DNA from: Nannocystis bainbridge
GTDB taxonomy: Bacteria > Myxococcota_A > Polyangia > Nannocystales > Nannocystaceae
Assembly (NCBI RefSeq): GCF_028368995.1
Contig: NZ_JAQNDL010000002.1
Coordinates: 384,001 to 448,000, forward strand
Direction of reading: 5' to 3'
DNA length: 64,000 nt
Shown piece after piece: positions 54,732 through 64,000 of this stretch (position 1 is its first letter; each line of letters opens with the position of its first letter). The notes under the pieces are model-generated. The model was not told the origin of the DNA. It was given only the letters and a program-made list of their open reading frames with translations, and made no database searches. Made by a program: the position numbers and the translations under genes.

Positions 54732-55012
54732 GCGGAGCGCTCCAGGTTCTCGAGTGGACGGAGGGGCAATATCCGTACCGTTTTATACGCGAAGGTCAAC
54801 CTCTGGATCGAGGGCGAGCCAGTGGCGCCACAACCGCGACTTCGGCTACTCGGGGCAGGTCTGGAAGTGTTCCCCGTAGGCGCAGCGTTCGCGTGCCGGC
54901 TCGGTCGGCGGCTTGCCCAGTGCTCGGCCCCGGTGCCGCCGAGCGCCTGAAATTTCGGTCAGGCAGCTCTCCGAAATTTCAGTAAGACCGCCACGACCGG
55001 CTGCGCGACGCT

Positions 55013-55918
55013 TCATACCGGGCGCACGACCGATTTTTTGAGTGTCTCGACGAATAGACGCAGAGGACCGGAGCGCTGGGCGCGGCTGGGGTAGTAGAGG
55101 TAGAAGCCGGGTACTGTCGGCGCGTACGGTTCGAGCACCCGCTGCAGCCGCCCGGCGCCCAGCTGCTCGAGGATCATCGGCTCGAGCGCGTACGCCAGGC
55201 CCAGGCCCTGCTCAGCCATGGACACGGTCAACAGGTTATCGTTGGCGACGACGGCCCCTCGCACCGGGATGCGCCAGTTACGGCGCCCACGCTCCAATTC
55301 CCACGCGTAGAGCGTTCCGGTGCTCTGCGAGCGGAAGGTGATGCACTCGTGTTGCAGGAGATCCTCGGGGCGCGCGGGCGTACCGTGGCGCGCGAGATAA
55401 CTCGGCGCCCCGACGACCACGAAGCGGAACGCGTCGGTGAGCCGCACCTGCACCATGTCGCGCTCGATGGCCTCGCTGAGTCGCACGCCAGCGTCGAAGC
55501 CTTCCGCGACGATGTCGACGAAGCGGTCCTCGACGGTGACCTCGACCTCGATCCGCGGATGGCGCTCGCGGAAGGTAGGGAGCGCCGGGGCGATCACGAG
55601 CGGGTAGGCCGCTCGCGGGACCGACAGCCGAAGCCGCCCGACCGTCTCTCCCGGACCCGCGGAGACCTCGGTGAGCGCCGCGAACACCTGGCTCAACGCC
55701 GGACCCGCACCCTCGACGAGGCGCCGCCCCGCGTCCGTCAGCGACACGCTGCGCGTCGTGCGGGTCAGGAGCACCACGCGCAGCTGCTTCTCGAGCTGCT
55801 GCACCGCCTGACTGACCGCGGACCTGGACACGCCGAGCTCGCGCGCGGCGCTGCTGAAGTTGCCCAGGCGCGCGACGGCGAGGAACGTCTGGAGCTGTGG
55901 GAAAGGTGCCGCGTGCAC
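55013..55918 (-). CDS. LysR family regulator
   Basis: FLAVARLGNFSSAARELGVSRSAVSQ..LE HTH; DIVAEGFDAGVR; probable GTG start at 55918. Confidence 0.9.
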   Translation of the reverse strand: MHAAPFPQLQTFLAVARLGNFSSAARELGVSRSAVSQAVQQLEKQLRVVLLTRTTRSVSLTDAGRRLVEGAGPALSQVFAALTEVSAGPGETVGRLRLSVPRAAYPLVIAPALPTFRERHPRIEVEVTVEDRFVDIVAEGFDAGVRLSEAIERDMVQVRLTDAFRFVVVGAPSYLARHGTPARPEDLLQHECITFRSQSTGTLYAWELERGRRNWRIPVRGAVVANDNLLTVSMAEQGLGLAYALEPMILEQLGAGRLQRVLEPYAPTVPGFYLYYPSRAQRSGPLRLFVETLKKSVVRPV

Positions 55919-56158
55919 GGGCGAGGCCGCCGACGATGTGCCTTGTGTGAAGGTCCCGTCCGGGCGTGTCAAGGAACGAGCGAATGGAGCGCGGTCGAGG
56001 CTGGCGAGCCATGTCGCGGCGAGCGGGTCGGGCACGCAAGGCGTGTCGGCGCCTCACGACGGCAGGCGCCCGCAGAGGCCCGCTCGGGGCGCTCAGGATG
56101 AGTTTGCTTCCCGGCGGACGACCCGCACTGCCCGGCCGCTCGTAGGCCCCGGTCGACT

Positions 56159-56175
56159 GTCAAGCAGGGCTTGAC
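56159..56175. promoter_or_regulatory. Dyad, probable LysR site
   Basis: GTCAAGC-agg-GCTTGAC in the divergent intergenic region. Confidence 0.45.
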
Positions 56176-56336
56176 GGCCTGTAGGCCGCGCGGCGCCTAG
56201 TCCGAGGCGAGCACCGGGCGCATGATTCTTCGCGCTCCGGCAAGCGGCGCACACACGGTGCGTACGCCCGGGGAGCGTCAGCCCGCGACGAGCAGTACGG
56301 GCGCTGACCGCAACCGCGAAAGGGAGCAGAGCCATC

Positions 56337-57371
56337 ATGCGTGCAACTATCATGTACGGCGCCGGCGACGTCCGCGTCGAGAACGTCCCCGACCCGTCGA
56401 TCGTCGAGCCGACGGACGCGATCCTTCGCGTGGTCCGGGCCTGCATCTGCGGCAGCGACCTCTGGCCCTACCACGACATGACCCCGAGCGACGCGGGGCA
56501 GAGCATGGGTCACGAGGCGATCGGCGTCGTCGAGGCGGTCGGCCGTGACGTCCGGACCGTGAAGCCCGGCCAGGTCGTCATCATGCCGTTCGCGATCTCG
56601 GACGGGACGTGCACGTTCTGCCGGGAAGGGCTGCCCACGGCCTGCGTGCACGGCGGGTTCGTCGGCAACGGCGGGATGAACGGCGCGCAGGCCGAGGCGC
56701 TGCGGATCCCGTTCGCCGACGGGACGCTCTACGCGATCGATGTCACCGAGAGCGACGCGCGGCTGCCGGGGCTGCTCACGCTCTCCGACGTGATGGGCAC
56801 GGGCCACCACGCGGCGGTCGTCGCTCGCGTCGCGCCGGGCCACCGCGTCGTCGTCGTCGGCGACGGTGCCGTGGGTCTCTGCGGTGTCATTGCAGCGAAG
56901 CGTCTCGGAGCGGAGCAGGTCATCCTCATGGGCCGGCACGAGGACCGGATCGCGCTCGCGCGGGCGTTCGGCGCCACGGACGTCGTCCCCGAGCGCGGCG
57001 AGGAAGGCGTCGCCCGCGTGCGCGAGCTGACCGGTGGGCACGGCGCCCACTCCGTGCTCGAGTGCGTCGGTACCGGCGAGGCGATCAAGACCTGCGTCGC
57101 GGTCGTGCGTCCCGGCGGCGCGATCGGGCGGGTCGGCGTCCCGCATTACCCGGCGATCCCCGGCGCGGACACGATGTTCTTCAAGAACGCGATCGTCGGC
57201 GGCGGCCCGGCTCCGGTGCGCGCGTACATCCGCGAGCTCTTGCCCGAGGTCCTCGAAGGCAAGATCGATCCCGGGCGCGTCTTCGACAGCATCGTCGGCC
57301 TCGACGGAGTGCCGGACGGCTACCGCGCCATGGACGAGCGCAAGGCGATCAAGGTGCTGGTGACGCCGTGA
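56337..57371 (+). CDS. Zn-dependent alcohol dehydrogenase family
   Basis: CICGSD, GHE, GDGAVG. Confidence 0.92.
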   Translation: MRATIMYGAGDVRVENVPDPSIVEPTDAILRVVRACICGSDLWPYHDMTPSDAGQSMGHEAIGVVEAVGRDVRTVKPGQVVIMPFAISDGTCTFCREGLPTACVHGGFVGNGGMNGAQAEALRIPFADGTLYAIDVTESDARLPGLLTLSDVMGTGHHAAVVARVAPGHRVVVVGDGAVGLCGVIAAKRLGAEQVILMGRHEDRIALARAFGATDVVPERGEEGVARVRELTGGHGAHSVLECVGTGEAIKTCVAVVRPGGAIGRVGVPHYPAIPGADTMFFKNAIVGGGPAPVRAYIRELLPEVLEGKIDPGRVFDSIVGLDGVPDGYRAMDERKAIKVLVTP

Positions 57372-58430
<1,059 letters not shown>

Positions 58431-58546
58431 GCGCGTCCAGGAGCGGCGGCGAAGGACCCCATTCCGGGCGTCTCGGAGTGATCAGGGGTCCGCGAGGAGC
58501 TCTCACTGGTCGCGCTTCGCCATCAAAAAGCATGGAGAGACGAGAC

Positions 58547-59314
58547 ATGAATCCAACGTATGACTTCAAGGGCCAGGTGGCCTTCGTGACCGGCGCGGCG
58601 ATGGGAATGGGGCTCGCCACGGCCCGCGCCTTCGCAAAGAGCGGCGCGTCCGTGGTGCTGGCCGACCGCGAAGGCGAACTCGCAGTCAGGGAAGCGGCGA
58701 AGATCGTCGAGGAAGGCGGCGTCGCCATCGGCGTGCGCTGCGACGTCACCGACGAGGCGCAAGTCGCCGCCGCGATCGAGCGGGCGGTCGCCGAATACGG
58801 CCGGCTCGACATGGCGTTCAACAATGCCGGCATCCAGGTGCCGCCGAGCGATGTCGCCGACGAATCGGCCGAGAACTTCCATCGCGTCACGGCGGTCAAC
58901 CAGTTCGGCGTATGGGCGTGCATGAAGCACGAGCTGCGCGTCATGCGTGCGCAAGGGTCGGGCGCCATCGTCAACTGCTCGTCGCTCGGTGGATTGGTCG
59001 GCCTGCCCGAGCGCGCGGCCTACCACGGCACCAAGCACGCCGTGTTGGGCATGACCAAGAGCGCAGGCGTCGAATATGCGCCGCGCGGCATCCGCATCAA
59101 CGCCGTCTGCCCCGGCACCATCGACACGCCGATGGTGCAGGACATGCTGAAGGGTCAGTCGGACGCGATGGCCGAGATCATGAAGCAGCAGTCGATTGGG
59201 CGGCTCGGTCGGGCCGAGGAGGTCGCGGCCGCCGTGCTGTGGCTGTGCAGCCCGGGCGCGAGCTTCGTGATCGGCGTCGGCTTGCCGGTCGACGGGGGCT
59301 TCACCGCGCACTGA
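58547..59314 (+). CDS. SDR oxidoreductase
   Basis: TGAAMGMG, NNAG, YHGTK, VDGG. Confidence 0.92.
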   Translation: MNPTYDFKGQVAFVTGAAMGMGLATARAFAKSGASVVLADREGELAVREAAKIVEEGGVAIGVRCDVTDEAQVAAAIERAVAEYGRLDMAFNNAGIQVPPSDVADESAENFHRVTAVNQFGVWACMKHELRVMRAQGSGAIVNCSSLGGLVGLPERAAYHGTKHAVLGMTKSAGVEYAPRGIRINAVCPGTIDTPMVQDMLKGQSDAMAEIMKQQSIGRLGRAEEVAAAVLWLCSPGASFVIGVGLPVDGGFTAH

Positions 59315-59413
59315 GCGGAGAGGCGAGGGGGTCTCGCGGGCAGCTGCGCATCCGGAGCCCCGGGCCAGCGCAGACACCCCCTGGGGGCCGGGCGCTCATG
59401 GTAGGCTGGTGCC

Positions 59414-60307
59414 ATGTCGTTTCGCGTCCCGGTGTACTTCAGCCCGGACTACGTCCTGGCTCGCCACGAGTTCGACACCACGCGCAAGGCGTCGTGGGTG
59501 TACGAGTCGCTGGCTGCGGCGCCGATCGCCGGGATCGAGGTGCGGGCGCCGGAGCCGCTGACTGCGGCCGGGCTGGGCGAGGTGCACGATCCCGAGTACG
59601 TCGAGGCGGTCCGCTGCGGGGAGCCGCGCGAGCTGGCCGAGTCGCAGGGCTTCGCCTGGGACCCCGCGCTTTGGGCGATGGTGCGGGCGTCGAACGGCGG
59701 GGCGGTGGCGGCGGCGCGGGCGGCGTTGGTCGAGGGTACTGCGGGGTCGTTGTCGAGCGGGCTTCACCACGCGCGGCGCCGCCACGGGGCCGGCAACTGC
59801 ACGTTCAACGGGCTGGCGCTGGCGGCCCGCGCGGGGCTGCAGGCCGGGGCGGGGGAGGTGCTGGTGCTCGACCTCGACGCGCACTGCGGCGGCGGGACGC
59901 ACTCGCTCCTGGCCGACGACCCGCGGGTGTGGCAGGTCGACGTGTCGGTCGACGATTACGACGCGTACGAGGCGTCGGAGCGGTGGACGCTCGACCTGGT
60001 GCGCCGGGCCGACGATTACTTGCCGACGGTGCAGGAGCGGCTGGCGGCGCTCGAGAGCGCGGCGCCGCGGTTCTCGTTGTGCATCTACAACGCGGGGATG
60101 GACCTCCACGAGCGCAGCGGCGACGGGGCGCTGGCGGGCATCACCGCGGAGGTGCTGGCCGCGCGCGAGCGCCTGGTGTTCGAGTGGTGCCGCCGACGCG
60201 GGACCGCGGTCGCGTTCGTGCTGGCGGGCGGCTACATCAGCGCGACGCTCGACCGCGCGGAGCTGGTCGGGCTGCACCGGCTGACGCTCGCGGCGGCGTG
60301 CGGGTGA
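59414..60307 (+). CDS. Histone deacetylase-family hydrolase
   Basis: HDPEYV, GLHHA, GNCTFN, DLDAHCGGGT, AGMD, LAGGY. Confidence 0.85.
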   Translation: MSFRVPVYFSPDYVLARHEFDTTRKASWVYESLAAAPIAGIEVRAPEPLTAAGLGEVHDPEYVEAVRCGEPRELAESQGFAWDPALWAMVRASNGGAVAAARAALVEGTAGSLSSGLHHARRRHGAGNCTFNGLALAARAGLQAGAGEVLVLDLDAHCGGGTHSLLADDPRVWQVDVSVDDYDAYEASERWTLDLVRRADDYLPTVQERLAALESAAPRFSLCIYNAGMDLHERSGDGALAGITAEVLAARERLVFEWCRRRGTAVAFVLAGGYISATLDRAELVGLHRLTLAAACG

Positions 60308-60831
60308 ACGTGAGCCTGCAGCCCGAAAGAACCGCGACAGCCGGCTGCCGATCGCGCGTCAGACCTCGCAGATGCACCGCGTAGTGGCCGTCACGCTTCG
60401 TCGACACGGGTCCACCGCGACTGGGTCTACGACCTCGGACCGTTCGTCTTCGATCGCCAGGCTTACGAGCGCGCGCTCGCCGAGTGACCCGCGGCGCGCG
60501 AGCTCCACCTTCTCCGCGGTCGTCGGGTTGTCCGTCCTCGAACCAGGGCACGCACTCCGAGCCGGCGTCGTCACACGCCGGCATCGTCAGAGCGCAGAAG
60601 TTCAGGCGACGAAGGGCCGGATCGCCGGGCGAGCCGCAGGCGCCGGCCGTTCGCTCACCGCCGACGAGGCGCGCGGTCGCAGCGAGCGACCGCGCGGCTG
60701 TGGACGGCGGAGCCACACCCGTCCGCCGCGTGTGGACCGCGGAGCCACAGACGCGCGGCCGGGGCCACGACATCGCGTGCACTGGGGTGGCACGGTCGGT
60801 GCATTCCGAGTCGGCACACCCGAGGAAACTC

Positions 60832-61233
60832 ATGCGCTTCCATACCCTCCTGAAGACCGCCTGCCTGTTCACACTCCTGCCCCTCGTCGCCTGCGACGTC
60901 GCGGACCTCGACGCCGAGAGCGTCCGCGTCGAGCATCTCGCCGAGGAGGACGTACCCCCGCCGCCGAGCGCCCTGCGCGACGCCCCGGCCGACGAGGACG
61001 CCGAGGGCATCTCGCTCGACCCGAGCCTCGAGGTCGCCGACGCGGGCGACCCGAGCGCGGCCACCTGCTTCACCGGTCAGGTGCAGTGGCAGGACAGCCC
61101 GAGCGGCATCTGCGGCGGGTGCCTGATCAACAACGCGTACCCGGGCCAGAAGTACAACCGCTATTACCGCACGTGTCAGAACGGGGCCTGGGGCTCGTGG
61201 ACGTACTACAACAGCCCGTGCGTTGACTGCTGA
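60832..61233 (+). CDS. Small lipoprotein with an acidic pro-like region and a 6-Cys C-terminal domain
   Basis: gagga RBS, LVAC lipobox, 133 aa. Confidence 0.78.
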   Translation: MRFHTLLKTACLFTLLPLVACDVADLDAESVRVEHLAEEDVPPPPSALRDAPADEDAEGISLDPSLEVADAGDPSAATCFTGQVQWQDSPSGICGGCLINNAYPGQKYNRYYRTCQNGAWGSWTYYNSPCVDC

Positions 61234-61310
61234 GACCTGGCTCGCCGCCCGTCACCGTGCCCGTGGCGGTGGCGGCGGGATCGCCGGCGCGCAAGCGCGT
61301 CGCCGATGGG

Positions 61311-61348
61311 AGCGCCGCGACATGTCTTTATGGACAGGTCGCGGCGCT
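61311..61348. terminator. Two-unit CATG-type hairpin
   Basis: agcgccgcgacatgtc-tttatg-gacaggtcgcggcgct; cores at 61321 and 61335 (14 bp apart). Confidence 0.65.
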
Positions 61349-62048
61349 GTCGCTTCCGGGGAGGCGGATCCCGTTGCCGCCGGCGACCCGGTCACGGTTC
61401 GAAAGGCGGGAAGCCGCAGCAGCTCACGCCCTTGTCCCCGAGCCCCTGAGTGAGCGACAGTCGGCTCGTCGGCTCGTTAGCGCATCTGGAACCGTTCCAC
61501 TGGGAAGGCCACGTAGGAGTGCCTGTGAATGGCTACGACGCTGCTCTGCGCGAGATAGTTGGTGATGTGGTGTCCTCGTGGAGCTAGACCTTCCTACGGG
61601 CCCGTATACGAGAGGTCGTCTCGAAACTGCCCGGATCGCGACGGTCCTGGCGATGCGTTGATTCCGCCGCGCTCGGTCGACGGCGCGAACGCCTGGACCG
61701 GCGCGACCTGGCTGTGGGCAGCGGAGCTCGACGAGGTCTGCAAAGCCTATCAGGGGCGTCAAGGTCATCCTGCGGGGGAGCTCGAAGCGATCGCAGCTGC
61801 GATGCACCGACTGAACGGGAACGCTTCACAACGCACTCGCTGCGTGTTCCGCTTCTTCTAGCGCAGGGCCGTTCCGCCGCAGCGGTTGCCCCCTCGGCCG
61901 CCTCGCGGGCGACGGCGAGGTCGTGCGCACGTGGGAGCGGCTCGACCGCGCGCTGCTCGACGGCCGCCTGCCTGCGCTGCAGCACGGCCGCCCGGAGTTC
62001 CCGCTGCGCGGCGACGGCTCGGCACTCGAGCGTGAAGCCGAGGCCGTG

Positions 62049-63683
62049 TCAGCAGCCTGGTGCGAGCCCCTCGGGGCCGAGGCTCCACGAACCCTTCAGG
62101 CTCGCCATCGGCAGGCGCAGTGGAGATTTCCGCCGGGTGCGCCCGAAGTCGCTGGTCTGCCAGGAGAGGCTGCGCACGAGATTGACGGCGAGGCAGCGCG
62201 GCGGTCTGGGCGCGAGCGAATACTCGTACTCCCAGCCGCCCTCGCTGCGCAGCATCGCCATGCCTCGCACCGGCAGCGGCAGCCGGCCGGCGGGGCGTAG
62301 CCCCTCGCCCTCGGCGACGAAGATCGTCAGCCGGCCGTCGGCGTAGGCGAGGCCGTCGCCGCCTGGGCGCTCGTGCGAGCCGAGCACGAGACCGACCATC
62401 TGTCCGTCGGGCCATATCAAGTGATCGCGGACATCGTCGCCGTCGAGCGCGCTGAACTGCCAGCCGGACGGGAGCCGGCGGAAGATCCATGTCGCATCGG
62501 GTACTTGGCCTTGCGAGCCGTCGCCGTACTCGCCCGCGACGATCCACTCGGCCGTCAGCGAGCGGACCCACAGCGCCGCGAACTCGCCGCGGAACGGCGC
62601 GAGCGTGGCGGGCTCGAACCGCCGGTCGCCGACGAGCGGTCGCGGGCGTCCGCGCCGGCTGTTCGCACTGCCGACGACCGTCCAGCGGCCCGCGGCGTCG
62701 AGAGCCCATACCTCGAGCCGGTGACCTGTCCATACGGTCATCTCCATCGGCGCGAACGCGTCGGCCCGATCGTCTGCGGATTCGCCGTTTTCGTCGTCCC
62801 GGGATTCGTCGTCCTTGCCGACACGCAGGCCCGGCATGGCCTCGTCGATTTCGACCGGCGATGTCGACCAGCAGCCGCGCTTCGACGCGGCCTCGACGCA
62901 CAGCACGCTCACCGTCGCGTTACGCACGTGGACGAGCCGCGGCAGCGTCGCCAACTCCTCGTCGCCGATGACGATGTCCCAGCCGATCGGGTAGCTCTCT
63001 ACCGAACTTCCGGCGGGCAGTTCGGCGAGCCACGCGCTCAGCTTGCGGGCGGTCGCTGCCGGGCGGGCCGCGAAGTTCAGGCCGCGCCACGGACCGTCGA
63101 GGCGCCGCTCATCCTCCTCGAAATCGGGATCGACGTCCCCCTCGGCGGTGTCGGCGAGCCGCTGCTTCACCGCGGCCCAGCTCGCCTCGTCGAGGCGGGC
63201 GAGCGACGCCGTCAGCGAGTCGCCGGACGCCGGATCGATGCCCCCGAAAAACACGCGCCCGCCGAGGACGGTGCGTCGCGTCGGGCTGGCGACATCGTCG
63301 GTCACTCCGGGCACGAGCTCGAAGTCGGAGACGTGCCACGGCTCGCGCTGAACTACGCGCAGCGCCGGCGGGCAGGTGAACCCCTCGGGTGCCGGGTTAC
63401 GCGCCAGCCAGGCCGCGAGGGCGCGCTGCTCGTCCCCCGCGCCGGCGGGGACCGTACAATGGCGTGGCGCCGCAGCAGCAGGCTCCAACTCGGCGGCAGG
63501 CGCAGGCGCAGGTGCAGTCGCCGCCTCCGGCCGATGCTCCGGTCGTTCGGGCGCGTGCTCCGGCGGACGGGTGCAGGCCGAGAGCACCATAGCGAGCGAG
63601 GCGAACGACGAGCGCGCAGCGCGGGGCACCACCGCCGACGGTATCACGTCAGCGACTGCGAGCGTCCTGACTCCCCTCGGCAC
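62049..63683 (-). CDS. Hypothetical lipoprotein
   Basis: LSAC lipobox, P/A linker, long open frame; start uncertain. Confidence 0.65.
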   Translation of the reverse strand: MPRGVRTLAVADVIPSAVVPRAARSSFASLAMVLSACTRPPEHAPERPEHRPEAATAPAPAPAAELEPAAAAPRHCTVPAGAGDEQRALAAWLARNPAPEGFTCPPALRVVQREPWHVSDFELVPGVTDDVASPTRRTVLGGRVFFGGIDPASGDSLTASLARLDEASWAAVKQRLADTAEGDVDPDFEEDERRLDGPWRGLNFAARPAATARKLSAWLAELPAGSSVESYPIGWDIVIGDEELATLPRLVHVRNATVSVLCVEAASKRGCWSTSPVEIDEAMPGLRVGKDDESRDDENGESADDRADAFAPMEMTVWTGHRLEVWALDAAGRWTVVGSANSRRGRPRPLVGDRRFEPATLAPFRGEFAALWVRSLTAEWIVAGEYGDGSQGQVPDATWIFRRLPSGWQFSALDGDDVRDHLIWPDGQMVGLVLGSHERPGGDGLAYADGRLTIFVAEGEGLRPAGRLPLPVRGMAMLRSEGGWEYEYSLAPRPPRCLAVNLVRSLSWQTSDFGRTRRKSPLRLPMASLKGSWSLGPEGLAPGC

Positions 63684-63912
63684 GGAGGCCGCCGAAGCGA
63701 GAGGTCGCCCGCGCGACCGCCTGCCCCTCGATCGGCGCCACGCTGGGCGGGAGCTCGGGGCACTGGTTCACGAAGCAGGTCGTCGCAGGCCACCACGGCG
63801 GGCCAGGTGTCGTCGTTCGCCTGCTGACCGCGCCCCGGGGGCGGCCGTCGACCTGATCCCGGAAACAGGCGCGACCGCTGGTGGGTGCCCGGGCGATGGT
63901 GTATGGGCGAGC

Positions 63913-64000
63913 ATGCTCTACGTCGGAATCGCGCTCGCCGTCGCCGTGCTCCTCGGCCTGATCGCCCTCTCGTCGCGGAAGTCCGCGGATCGATCGCCGC
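63913..64000 (+). CDS. Partial membrane-anchored protein (runs off the window)
   Basis: MLYVGIALAVAVLLGLIALSSRK... Confidence 0.4.
   Translation, partial: MLYVGIALAVAVLLGLIALSSRKSADRSP

Noticed and set aside
61559-61861. 100-aa ORF with a protein-like C-terminal half
   Set aside because: No clear start or family; possibly a fragment, too weak to call.

Overview
Very GC-rich myxobacterial DNA, most like Nannocystis, judged from the Thr-rich lipoproteins, Myxococcus Cys-rich repeats, fibro-slime protein and 2-MIB locus. Left to right: the 5' end of glgX; a rearranged hotspot beside nei-lhr with an internally deleted nei copy and small orphan genes; a 2-methylisoborneol operon with two tandem family 2B encapsulins; many secreted lipoproteins; a double-HTH TetR / rifamycin phosphotransferase-like / permease operon; sodC; MerR-VIT/vWA; a collapsed HDO-ACP-adenylation cluster; a truncated, probably inactive GyrB paralog; an IS5 remnant; and a LysR-ADH-AKR-SDR cluster. 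The most unusual signal is non-coding: four 80-bp intergenic arrays, each of six RRRCATGYYY-type palindromes at an exact 14-bp period, each folding as an imperfect hairpin next to a stop codon. Shorter relatives are scattered through the window. All calls come from reading motifs by eye; no database search was run.
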